A stretch of DNA of 16,003 nucleotides, taken from the NCBI GenBank assembly GCA_965648935.1, contig CBFGIY010000057.1:1-16003 (forward strand), written 5' to 3'. This DNA comes from a candidate division WOR-3 bacterium (lineage in GTDB: Bacteria; Hydrothermota; Tepidihabitantia; Tepidihabitantales; Tepidihabitantaceae). The position numbers were made by a program, and so were the translations under genes. Shown in pieces: positions 6,538 to 16,003 of this stretch; the first letter of the stretch is position 1; each line of letters starts with the position of its first letter. Below the pieces are notes generated by a model, which was given only the letters and a program-made list of their open reading frames with translations, was not told the origin of the DNA and made no database searches.

Positions 6538-7434
6538 CGCCTGCGGATGCTCTGTCGGCAGGCTGTCCTCGTCATCCGCCAGCCTCAGAAACGTATCCGG
6601 CGCCGCGGTGCGCGAACCGAGAACGCCCAGACCGCCGTCAAGATGCAATAGCTCACGGTTGCTTCCGCCCAGCCACCAGCCGAATCGCCAGTAGTCGTAC
6701 AGGTTGCGGTCGAGCGCCTCGACCGACAATCGCACCGAATCAAGCCAGACCTCCTCGGGTTCGAGCCCGAGCGTGTCCCAGTAGATCGTTGATAGCTGGA
6801 TACGCGCCGAATCGCGCCGGCCCGCAATCGCGGTGTTGGCATAGCCGATCTGCTCAACGAACCGGCCGTTGCCGCTGTAGTACCCGGTGACCCGGTTGCC
6901 GTAGCGCACCGCGCCGCGGCTCTCGGTCCACTCAAAGCGCAACCGGAGCACCGGCCAGGTGTCGCCCGGCCACGGCACCTCCAGCACCGTATCCGCGGCC
7001 ACCAGCTCGATGCGAAATTCAGCCGGCACGGCCGTGCTGCCGCGCACGATCTCGCCGCCCGGGTAGCGTGCCTCCAGCCGCAGGGTCTCGCCGGCCTGAA
7101 TCCTGAACCCGGCCGCGAAGTAGTACCCGGCGCTGTCCGGCTTCGGCAGAAGCGCCGCTTCGCCGGCCCGGCCTCGCACGCGCGCGTCGACCCCGGTGAC
7201 GCCGTTCCAGCGCCCGGACTGCGGAATTGAGTCCTTGAACGGCAGGCTCATCCCGGCCAGCAACCGCAACGTGTCGCTGCCCGGACGCACCACGCAGTAG
7301 ACATTCGGCTCGGGCAGGTAATCCTCCACGCTCGGCTCGCACCCGATTGCCATCAGGACCGCGGCCAGGCAGGCGAGCGCCGCCGGCCGCCGTCCGAAAA
7401 TCGCCAATCGGAGATCGCAAATCGGAGATTCCAC
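6451..7434 (-). CDS. DUF4249-like outer-membrane lipoprotein
   Basis: GTG overlaps the receptor stop (TAGTG); alternative TTG at 7407. Lipoprotein-like signal RRPAALACLAAVLMAIG|C. LYDYW and GGLGVLGS near the C-terminus are typical of DUF4249. Lies directly downstream of a TonB-dependent receptor. Confidence 0.78.
   Translation of the reverse strand: MESPICDLRLAIFGRRPAALACLAAVLMAIGCEPSVEDYLPEPNVYCVVRPGSDTLRLLAGMSLPFKDSIPQSGRWNGVTGVDARVRGRAGEAALLPKPDSAGYYFAAGFRIQAGETLRLEARYPGGEIVRGSTAVPAEFRIELVAADTVLEVPWPGDTWPVLRLRFEWTESRGAVRYGNRVTGYYSGNGRFVEQIGYANTAIAGRRDSARIQLSTIYWDTLGLEPEEVWLDSVRLSVEALDRNLYDYWRFGWWLGGSNRELLHLDGGLGVLGSRTAAPDTFLRLADDEDSLPTEHPQAKRGRPHRWVRPTKLRRAAPAAGGLEVNR
6502..6537 (+). terminator. 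Rho-independent terminator (+ strand)
   Basis: 13-bp stem GGTCGGCCGCACC/GGTGCGGCCGGCC (one G-U pair), loop CAAC, followed by TCTTTT; no U-tract on the minus strand side. Confidence 0.75.
7397..7431 (+). repeat. Degenerate heptamer tandem array NNNATCG, 5 copies
   Basis: AAAATCG CCAATCG GAGATCG CAAATCG GAGATTC. Confidence 0.65.
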
Positions 7435-9719
7435 TAGAATCCTCCCCGTATCCCCAGGCTCGGTATCGGCAACGGCAGCAGCACGAATGGCTCGCGCACG
7501 ATTCGACCCTTCTCGTCGACGCTGTAGTCGTACCACAGCACGTTCCGCGCCGCGTAGACGTTCACCACCTGCAGGTACACCGCCCAGTCGGCTCGCAACA
7601 GCCGGAACCGCTTCTCGAATCCGAGGTCGAGACGGTGATACGCCGGCAGCCGGTAGTTGCCGCGCCGCCCGCCCAGCGGAGTCCACCAGTACCACTCGGT
7701 CTCCTCTCCGCGCCAGCCCGGGTCCTCGCCGACGTACTGGAACTGGCCGACCGGCCCGGTGAACGGAAACCCGCTGCGCAGCAGGAACTGGCTCGTTATC
7801 GCCCAGCCGCGCTTCAAAGGCAGCGCCAGCGCAAGGTTCAGGTTGTGGCGCGAGTCGAACACCGGCCAGAACGCGGTCGAGTCGAAGGTCCGGCGCGTGA
7901 AAGCGAGGCTGTAGCTCACCGAACTGCCCTGCCGGCGCAGCAGCACCTCGGCCCCGGCGGCCCAGCCCGTGCCGACCAGAAGCGTCGCGCTGTCCTCGCC
8001 GCCGCCCGGGTCCGGCCCGATGCCGGGCAGGGGCGACCGGGTCTCAAGCAGGTTGCGCATCGACTTGTAGTAAGCCTCAAACCCGAGGTCGAATCCCCTG
8101 CCCAGACCCTTCTGCGCGCCAGCGGCCCAGTGCATCGCCGCGACCGGCGCGTGCGCTGAGTCGGCCGGCAGCCACTGCTGGAAAAACAGCGCCGGCAGTT
8201 TCACCAGCTCGTCGTTGCGCGGGAACGGAATGCTCAGGTACTGGTAGTACAGGCCCCAGCCGGCGGTGAGCGCGAAGTCCTCGGCGAGAATGTACTTCGC
8301 CCCGACGCGCGGTGACGCGCGGAAGTACCCCCCGCCCGAGAAGTACTCGGCCCGCACCCCCGCGTCCACCAGCAGCGGCTCAATCGGCCGCCACTTGTCT
8401 GCCGCGTACGCCGCCGCCAGGGTCGGCCGCGACCGCTGGTTCCAGAAGGTCACAGTGTCGGACTTGAAGTAGTTGCGCAGGTCGAATGACTTGGCCTCGG
8501 CGCCGAACCGCACCGTGTGCGACGAATCGAGGAACAGGGTCCAGTCGCTTCTTCCGCCCCAGTCGCTCACCCCGAACCGCAGCTCGGCCCGGCTCGTGTC
8601 GCCCCACGCCGTGTCCGGCGGTACGAACTCCTGCGACAGCGACACGCGGTTGCGGCCGCGCACCGCCATCGTCGTCGCGACCAGGTTCGGCGAGAAAATG
8701 TGCCGCCACTTCAGCGCCAGCGCGTAATTGCCCCAGAGGAAAGCCAGCCGGTCAGACTGCTCCCTGATGTCGATGATATCGTCCCCGGAGTAAGCCGAGA
8801 AAGTCAGCCGGTCCCGCTCGCCGGCGTCGAAGTTCAGCTTGCCCTGCAGGTCGTAGAAATGGTACGGCAGGTAGACGCTGACCGTCGAATCGCGGATGAG
8901 CCTGTCGATGGCCCAGGTCACCGCGTCGATATAGGTCCGCCGCCCCGCCACCACAAGCGACCCGCGCGGAATCGGCCCCTCCACCATCACCTTCGAGGTC
9001 AGAAGCCCCACGTCCCACTTCGCGCTGTACCGCTCGCTGTTGCCCTGCTTCATCTCCACGTCGATGATTGACGAAACCGCACCGCCGTACTCGGCCGGAA
9101 ACGCCCCGGCCTTCAGCTCGGCCCCGGCCAGCGCGTCCATATTAAACGTGGAGAATAGCCCGCCCAGGTGATACGGGTTGTAGACCGTCACACCGTCCAG
9201 GAGCACGAGGTTCTGGTCCGGCGACCCGCCGCGCACATACAAGGCGCTGGAGAAGTCGCTCACCGCCAGCACGCCGGGCAGGGACTGCAGCGACTTGAAA
9301 AGGTCCTGCTCGATGAACCCCGGCGCAATCTTCAGCTCGGGCAGGTCCAGCCGGCGCACCCCGATGTCGACCTCGCGCCGGAACCGCTCCCGCGCGGCCG
9401 ACGCGGTAACCTCGCCCAGCGGTATCGCCTCGACTGCCAGCCGCACGTCGGCCCGCACCGACGCGTTCTCGGCCAGCGTGAACTCCCGCTCCAGGTCGCG
9501 ATGCCCGACCAAAGACCAGACGACTTTCACCCGGCCCGCAGGCAGGCCGGACAGGATGTAGTACCCGTTGCGCTCGCTCGCGGTCCCGGCGCTGCGGTCA
9601 GAGAGATAGACGGATGCGAACGCCAGCGGCTCGCCCGTTGCCGAATCCCGCACGAAGCCGTAGACGGTTGCCGCCTCGGCCGCGCCGGCGCCGGCAAGCA
9701 GAAGCATCAGGACTAACAC
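7434..9719 (-). CDS. TonB-dependent receptor with N-terminal carboxypeptidase-regulatory-like domain
   Basis: Signal peptide; GFVRDSATGEPLAFASV..GTASERNGYY; plug SLPGV..LYVRGGSPDQNLVLLDG..YNPYHLGGLFSTFN, GAFPAEYGGAVSS; RLPAYHRLDL; terminal Phe. Start GTG 9719 (or ATG 9707); the track's TTG at 9764 is the -35 box. Confidence 0.92.
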   Translation of the reverse strand: MLVLMLLLAGAGAAEAATVYGFVRDSATGEPLAFASVYLSDRSAGTASERNGYYILSGLPAGRVKVVWSLVGHRDLEREFTLAENASVRADVRLAVEAIPLGEVTASAARERFRREVDIGVRRLDLPELKIAPGFIEQDLFKSLQSLPGVLAVSDFSSALYVRGGSPDQNLVLLDGVTVYNPYHLGGLFSTFNMDALAGAELKAGAFPAEYGGAVSSIIDVEMKQGNSERYSAKWDVGLLTSKVMVEGPIPRGSLVVAGRRTYIDAVTWAIDRLIRDSTVSVYLPYHFYDLQGKLNFDAGERDRLTFSAYSGDDIIDIREQSDRLAFLWGNYALALKWRHIFSPNLVATTMAVRGRNRVSLSQEFVPPDTAWGDTSRAELRFGVSDWGGRSDWTLFLDSSHTVRFGAEAKSFDLRNYFKSDTVTFWNQRSRPTLAAAYAADKWRPIEPLLVDAGVRAEYFSGGGYFRASPRVGAKYILAEDFALTAGWGLYYQYLSIPFPRNDELVKLPALFFQQWLPADSAHAPVAAMHWAAGAQKGLGRGFDLGFEAYYKSMRNLLETRSPLPGIGPDPGGGEDSATLLVGTGWAAGAEVLLRRQGSSVSYSLAFTRRTFDSTAFWPVFDSRHNLNLALALPLKRGWAITSQFLLRSGFPFTGPVGQFQYVGEDPGWRGEETEWYWWTPLGGRRGNYRLPAYHRLDLGFEKRFRLLRADWAVYLQVVNVYAARNVLWYDYSVDEKGRIVREPFVLLPLPIPSLGIRGGF

Positions 9720-9736
9720 GTTGTGTCTGATGCGCA

Positions 9737-9764
9737 AAGCTAGCGCCTCACGGCTGGCTGTCAA
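9737..9764 (-). promoter_or_regulatory. sigma70-type promoter for the receptor/lipoprotein operon
   Basis: Minus strand TTGACA(9764-9759)-16 nt-TAGCTT(9742-9737). Confidence 0.6.
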
Positions 9765-10126
9765 CTGCGGTCAGCCGGACGCGGCATCACATTGGATGCA
9801 GTCCGGGGCTGGTTTCAGACAATCTGCGTGAGCCCTGAACCAGAGGTCGTCGTCAGCGAACCGACAGCCTTCGCGCTGTCGGTGACTTGCCGGTCGGGGC
9901 GAAGTTGCGATTGCGGAAAGTGCGCGTCATTTCACGGTCCAGGGGACCGTCCCCGGGGCGGCCCTGCCCGGGCCTTGCGCCAGAGAGTGTGATTCACAGT
10001 CCGCGGCCGCGAAGCTGCCGCAAGAGCAGCGCGCCAGAGTCGGCCGGGCCGAACCGGGGCAGGGCGGGTCAAGCATCAAGCACTCGCCGGCCCGCTCCGA
10101 AGCCGCCACGGGTATCACCCACCGCC

Positions 10127-10154
10127 TTGACCGGGCCGGCCCCTGCCGTAGACT
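10127..10154 (+). promoter_or_regulatory. sigma70-type promoter, leaderless
   Basis: TTGACC(10127-10132)-16 nt-TAGACT(10149-10154)-7 nt-ATG(10162). Confidence 0.6.
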
Positions 10155-10161
10155 GCCGGCG

Positions 10162-10368
10162 ATGAGTAGTATCCTGGCGGCCGCTGTCGCCGAACCCGCG
10201 CCGGCCCGGACGGGCGCGCTCACCTTGAGTCTGCCCCGGCCCGGCGAGAGGGGGCAACTCTGCGACGCCGCGGGCCGCGTGCTCGACCCACGCCGGTCAG
10301 CGCAGCGACCCGGGGTCTACTTTCTCATCCTGCCCGACCGCACGCTCAAGCTGGTCAAGCCCCGCTAG
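10162..10368 (+). CDS. Small protein consisting only of a T9SS/Por-type C-terminal sorting-domain-like module
   Basis: AVAEP linker, then QLCDAAGRVL..PGVYFLI..TLKLVKPR, matching the 'YD.xGR.V..GVYF..K.V' pattern. Has its own promoter. Stop overlaps the convergent HD gene stop (CTAG 10365-10368). Confidence 0.55.
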   Translation: MSSILAAAVAEPAPARTGALTLSLPRPGERGQLCDAAGRVLDPRRSAQRPGVYFLILPDRTLKLVKPR

Positions 10369-11675
10369 GCGCCGTCGCAGGCGTCGCCGGGCGCGGCCCG
10401 CATCCGGGGCAGGTCATTGGCCTGGCCGAAGTGCTCCTCGCACAGCCTTCCCGCCTCGGCCAGCTTGCCTGAGTGCTCCGGGTCAAGGAACACGAAGAAC
10501 TTCCAGAGCTTCTCCTGGTGCCGCTTGAGGTTCTCGACCTCGGTGTTGTTCTCCAGCCGGCGCGGCGGCGCGCCCGCCTCGAGGCGGAACAGCGCGTTCG
10601 CCTCGCGCAACTGCATCGAGCTCGACGGGCAGTAGACGATGACCGAGCGAAACGGCACGCGCAGCCTGCGCGCCAGCCATCTCTCGGCTTCGGCCCGCTT
10701 CGCCGGGTCGAGGTGGTAGGGCGCGAACTTCTCGGTCGAGGCCAGGCTGCGCCGCGCCACCATGTAGGCCTTCTTGTACAGGCGCCGGGCCAGGAATCCG
10801 CGCACCAGGAGCCGCGCCGCGCTCGGCCCGGACTCGAGGATGCGCAGAAAACCCTCGTCGCCGACCGAGTAGAACGACCGTTCGCTCAGGCGCCGCTCCC
10901 CGCTGTCCAGGCAGAGTTCCAGCGCCTTGGACACCATCGCCGAGGCCGCGTTCTTGGCCGGGTGGTAATAGACCCGCTCGCTGAGCATGTAGCGGATGCG
11001 CAGCACGTTGAGCGTCTCGGTCAGCCCGTCCATCCGGAAAAGACCGTTGCGCACGAGGTTGATGGCCAGCGCGCCGCCCGCGATGATGAAGTACTTGAAC
11101 AGCCGCTCGTCGTAGCGCTGTGCCAGCCCGGTGAAGTAGGCGTCGCGCTCGAGGTAGTCGAGCAGGTCCGCGCAGATGGTGCTTGAGACGATGTCGTAGT
11201 GATAGGTCGGCCCGCCCGCCTTGAGCCGGTGCTCGCGCAGAAGCCGCCCGACCTCGCGCTTCGCGCCGAGCCTGTCCAGCACGGCGCCCAGTTCGGTGCG
11301 CTCGATGAAGTGCGCTATGCGCTCGTCGTTCTGGTCGTGGCGGGTGAACACGCGCCGCTCGTCCTCGACCGTGTGGCCGAACGGGATGTGGGTGATGTCG
11401 TGCAGCAGCGCGTAGAAACCGATGAGCCGTTCGTCCTCGGCCGACACCGCCTGCGTCCCGCAGTTGCGCCGGATGTGGGCGATTATCTTCTTCGCGACGC
11501 CGCACGCCCCCAGGCAGTGCTCGAACCGCGTGTGCACCGCGCTCGGGTACACGAGGTACGACGCGCCGAGCTGTTTGATGCCGCGCAGGCGCTGGAAAGT
11601 CGGCGTGTCGATTATCGCCAGCTCTTCGGCGGTGAAGTCGAGGTCGCCGTGGACCGCGTCGCGGAAGGTTTTCAC
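10365..11675 (-). CDS. HD-domain phosphohydrolase (COG1078, SAMHD1/dNTP triphosphohydrolase-like)
   Basis: FRDAVHG, FQRLRGIKQLG..VYPSAVHTRFEHCLG, LLHDITHIPFGH, ADLLDYLERD, VYYHP. GTG start at 11675; the track's TTG at 11708 is the -35 box. Confidence 0.9.
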   Translation of the reverse strand: MKTFRDAVHGDLDFTAEELAIIDTPTFQRLRGIKQLGASYLVYPSAVHTRFEHCLGACGVAKKIIAHIRRNCGTQAVSAEDERLIGFYALLHDITHIPFGHTVEDERRVFTRHDQNDERIAHFIERTELGAVLDRLGAKREVGRLLREHRLKAGGPTYHYDIVSSTICADLLDYLERDAYFTGLAQRYDERLFKYFIIAGGALAINLVRNGLFRMDGLTETLNVLRIRYMLSERVYYHPAKNAASAMVSKALELCLDSGERRLSERSFYSVGDEGFLRILESGPSAARLLVRGFLARRLYKKAYMVARRSLASTEKFAPYHLDPAKRAEAERWLARRLRVPFRSVIVYCPSSSMQLREANALFRLEAGAPPRRLENNTEVENLKRHQEKLWKFFVFLDPEHSGKLAEAGRLCEEHFGQANDLPRMRAAPGDACDGA

Positions 11676-11680
11676 GCGCC

Positions 11681-11708
11681 AGTCTAGAAGCGCACCGGCC
11701 CGGGTCAA
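11681..11708 (-). promoter_or_regulatory. sigma70-type promoter, leaderless
   Basis: Minus strand TTGACC(11708-11703)-16 nt-TAGACT(11686-11681)-5 nt-GTG(11675). Confidence 0.65.
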
Positions 11709-11726
11709 GCGCTCCGCCCGGTCGGG

Positions 11727-12845
11727 CTAGAGCGGCTTTCCGTAGACCCGGAATCGCTTGCGCACCCGGCCCCCGAAACGCTCCATCTCGGCGCGCACCA
11801 GCGTGTTCGTTTCCAGTTCGCTGTGCGTGTCGATAACCCGGAACCCGGCCGCGTGCGCCGAGCGCAGCATCGTCATCGCCAGCAGCGCGTTGATGCCCGC
11901 GCCGCGGCAGTCGGGTCGAATCGCGCCGAGCATCAGGTCAAGCTGCTTCGAGCGGCGCATCGCCCAGAGGATATGGAGCAGCCCGAAAGGGAACAGCCGA
12001 CCCCGCGCCCGGCGCAGGCCAGCAGTGATGTTGGCCATACCGATGACGAACCCGACCAGCGCGTCGCCCCGCAGCACGACCTTGACCAGCCGCGGGTCCA
12101 ACAGCGGGATGTAGCGCTTGGCCAGATCGTCCATCTCCGCTTCGTCCAGCGGCGCGTAGCCGTAAAGATTCACGTAGGTCTCGTTCATCAGTCCCAGCAC
12201 CGGCCGCACCCAGGGCCGGAGCTCGCTCCGCCGGGTGAACTCCAGCGGCCGGAACCCGCCGCGCTGATTCAGCCGCTCGATGATGCGCTCGTATCCCGGC
12301 GGCATCGTCTCGGGCACCGGCAGTATGTAGACCACGTAGTCGACTTCCTTGCCGTAGCCCGCCGACTCCAGCAGGCGGTTGATGTAAGGCAGGTTGGCGT
12401 TGCAGGCAAGCGTCGGCACTTCGTCGAAGCCTTCAATGATGAACCCCTCCGGGTCCTGGTCCGTGAACCCGAACGGCCCGATGAGCTTTTCCATTCCCAG
12501 CCCGCGCGCCCACTCCTCGACGCGCGCCATCAGCGCGCCGAACACGGCCGCATCGTCCGGGCATTCAAGGTGGCTGAACCGGGCTACTCGCTCGCTTCGG
12601 AACTCGTTGCATCGCCGGTTGACGATACCCAGCACCCGGCCGACCGGCTCCTTGCCCCGCCACGCAAGCAGGGTCAGGGTGTCGCAGTAGGAGAACGCAC
12701 GGTTCTTCGCCGGGTCAAAGAACGCCAGGTCGTCGGAGTAGATCGGCGGCAGCCAGTTGGGATGTTCGCGGTTGAGCTTTTCGGGCAGGAACACGAACTT
12801 GCGCAGTTCCCCACGCCCGGCCACCGGCCTGACTTCGACGCTCAT
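11727..12845 (-). CDS. Tandem GNAT-fold acyltransferase (YghO-like / bacterial ceramide synthase-like family)
   Basis: RKFVFLP..WLPP..FDPAKNRAF..LAWRGKEPVGRV..EEWAR..GPFGFTDQDPEGFIIEGFD..N.PY; C-terminal GAIRPDCRGAG acyl-CoA-binding-like motif and ELETN. Confidence 0.82.
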   Translation of the reverse strand: MSVEVRPVAGRGELRKFVFLPEKLNREHPNWLPPIYSDDLAFFDPAKNRAFSYCDTLTLLAWRGKEPVGRVLGIVNRRCNEFRSERVARFSHLECPDDAAVFGALMARVEEWARGLGMEKLIGPFGFTDQDPEGFIIEGFDEVPTLACNANLPYINRLLESAGYGKEVDYVVYILPVPETMPPGYERIIERLNQRGGFRPLEFTRRSELRPWVRPVLGLMNETYVNLYGYAPLDEAEMDDLAKRYIPLLDPRLVKVVLRGDALVGFVIGMANITAGLRRARGRLFPFGLLHILWAMRRSKQLDLMLGAIRPDCRGAGINALLAMTMLRSAHAAGFRVIDTHSELETNTLVRAEMERFGGRVRKRFRVYGKPL

Positions 12846-12851
12846 CGCCAG

Positions 12852-12879
12852 ATGCTAGCCGCGGCCGCGGGCGAATCAA
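12852..12879 (-). promoter_or_regulatory. sigma70-type promoter, leaderless
   Basis: Minus strand TTGATT(12879-12874)-16 nt-TAGCAT(12857-12852)-6 nt-ATG(12845). Confidence 0.65.
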
Positions 12880-12894
12880 GCCGGCCCGGGCGCG

Positions 12895-12923
12895 TTGACA
12901 ACCGCGGCGCGCTCTCCTAGCAT
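12895..12923 (+). promoter_or_regulatory. sigma70-type promoter of the carboxyltransferase-mutase operon
   Basis: TTGACA(12895-12900)-17 nt-TAGCAT(12918-12923); SD GGAGG at 12943-12947. Confidence 0.75.
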
Positions 12924-12954
12924 CGGCTGATAGCCACCCCTCGGAGGTAAGCCG

Positions 12955-14508
12955 ATGTCCCGACTGGACCGGGTCGAAGAGCGGCTGCGCCGGCTCAACG
13001 AACAGGCGCTGAAGGGCGGCGGCGACGAGCGCATCGAGCGCCAGCACGCCGACGGCAAGCTCACCGCGCGCGAGCGGCTCGACGTCCTGCTCGACAAGGG
13101 CAGTTTCGTCGAGCTCGACCGGCTGCGCGTCCACGACTGCACCGACTTCGGGATGGCCGACAAGCGCTTCCCCGGCGACGCGGTCGTCACCGGCCACGGC
13201 AAGGTCAACGGCCGGCCGGTCGCGGTTTTCTCGCAGGACTTCACGGTGTTCGGCGGCACGCTCTCGCGCGTCTTCGCCGAGAAGGTCTGCAAGGTGATGG
13301 ACCTTGCCCTGCGCGTCGGCATGCCCATCATCGGCCTGAACGACTCGGGCGGGGCGCGCATCCAGGAGGGCGTCGACTCGCTCGGCGGCTACGCCGACAT
13401 CTTCCTGCGCAACACTCTCGCCTCGGGCGTCGTGCCGCAGATATCGTGCATAATGGGCCCGTGCGCCGGCGGCGCGGTCTACTCGCCCGCCCTCACCGAC
13501 TTCATCCTGATGACCGAACGCGCCAGCCACATGTTCATCACCGGGCCCGAGGTCATCAAGGCGGTCACGCGCGAGGAAGTCACCAAGGACGAGCTCGGCG
13601 GCGCCGACACCCACAACTCGGTCTCCGGCGTCGCCCACTTCAAGGACCTCGACGACCGCGACGCGCTCGAGCGCGTGCGCAGGCTGCTGTCGTTCCTGCC
13701 CCAGAACAACCGCGAGAAGCCGCCATCGGTCGCCCCGCGCGACCGCGACGACCGTCCGGTCGAGGGGATGCGCGAGCTCTTGCCCGACGACCCGCGCCGG
13801 CCCTACGACATGCTCGAAGTCATCCGCGCGACCGTGGACGAGCACAAGTTCTTCGAGGTCCAGCAGCACTGGGCGCGCAACATCGTCATCGGCTTCGCCC
13901 GCTACAACGGCGAGGTCGCCGGCATCGTCGGCAACCAGCCGCGCCACCTCGCCGGCTGCCTCGACATCTCGGCCTCGGTCAAGGCCGGCCGGTTCGTGCG
14001 CTTCTGCGACGCGTTCAACATCCCGATCGTCACCTTTGTCGACGTGCCCGGCTTTCTGCCCGGCGCCCAGCAGGAGCTCGGCGGCATCATCCGCCACGGC
14101 GCCAAGCTGCTCTACGCCTACTGCGAGGCGACCGTGCCCAAGATAACGATAATCACCCGCCGGGCCTACGGCGGCGCCTACGACGTGATGGCGTCGAAGC
14201 ACATCCGCGGCGACCTGAACTTCGCCTGGCCCACCGCCGAAATCGCGGTGATGGGCTCGGAGGGCGCGGTCAACATCATCTTCCGCAAGGAAATCGCCCA
14301 GGCCGCCGACCCGGCCGCCCGCCGCAAGGAACTCGTCGAGCAGTACGAGAACAGCTTCTCCAACCCGTTCAAGGCGGCCGAGCTCGGCTACATCGACGAG
14401 GTCATCGCGTTCGAGGACACCCGCCGCCGCATCATCGACGGCCTCGCTCTTCTGCGCACGAAGACCCTCTCCAACCCGCAAAAGAAGCACGGCAACATCC
14501 CGCTGTAG
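12955..14508 (+). CDS. pccB: Acyl-CoA carboxyltransferase (propionyl-CoA carboxylase beta / methylmalonyl-CoA decarboxylase alpha type)
   Basis: [60 protein letters not shown]. PccB and MmdA cannot be distinguished from the sequence alone. Confidence 0.93.
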   Translation: MSRLDRVEERLRRLNEQALKGGGDERIERQHADGKLTARERLDVLLDKGSFVELDRLRVHDCTDFGMADKRFPGDAVVTGHGKVNGRPVAVFSQDFTVFGGTLSRVFAEKVCKVMDLALRVGMPIIGLNDSGGARIQEGVDSLGGYADIFLRNTLASGVVPQISCIMGPCAGGAVYSPALTDFILMTERASHMFITGPEVIKAVTREEVTKDELGGADTHNSVSGVAHFKDLDDRDALERVRRLLSFLPQNNREKPPSVAPRDRDDRPVEGMRELLPDDPRRPYDMLEVIRATVDEHKFFEVQQHWARNIVIGFARYNGEVAGIVGNQPRHLAGCLDISASVKAGRFVRFCDAFNIPIVTFVDVPGFLPGAQQELGGIIRHGAKLLYAYCEATVPKITIITRRAYGGAYDVMASKHIRGDLNFAWPTAEIAVMGSEGAVNIIFRKEIAQAADPAARRKELVEQYENSFSNPFKAAELGYIDEVIAFEDTRRRIIDGLALLRTKTLSNPQKKHGNIPL

Positions 14509-14514
14509 AAGACT

Positions 14515-16003
<1,489 letters not shown>

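Noticed and set aside
7435..7695. N-terminal 87 aa of ORF 6451..7695
   Set aside because: Out-of-frame overlap with the receptor 3' end; the lipoprotein signal begins after 7434.
9988..9998. TGTGA-T-TCACA as a CRP/FNR site
   Set aside because: Half-sites are 1 nt apart instead of the 6 nt needed for CRP.
9792..10165. Small ORFs 9792..9992 and 9887..10165
   Set aside because: TTG starts without SD or promoter, Arg/Pro/Ser-rich composition, no motifs.

Overview
High-GC (~70%) diderm bacterial window. A TonB-dependent receptor/DUF4249-like lipoprotein pair and a T9SS-like C-terminal-domain ORF suggest an FCB-related lineage such as WOR-3 (inference only). Genes in order: GT4 glycosyltransferase and MFS transporter; two tandem M29 aminopeptidases; a secreted DUF4412-like protein; a DUF4249-like lipoprotein and TonB-dependent receptor; a stand-alone 68-aa sorting-domain-like ORF; an HD-domain phosphohydrolase; a tandem-GNAT protein resembling the bacterial ceramide synthase family; an acyl-CoA carboxyltransferase; and a methylmalonyl-CoA mutase large subunit that runs off the window end and is missing from the ORF track. 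The most interesting element is the interval 5851-6540. It holds a correctly spaced sigma54 -24/-12 promoter, then ~465 nt of structured, G/GGA-skewed sequence, then an intrinsic terminator. This is a candidate sigma54-dependent large non-coding RNA that I cannot assign to a known family. Seven sigma70-type promoters are also readable, and four of them predict leaderless mRNAs.
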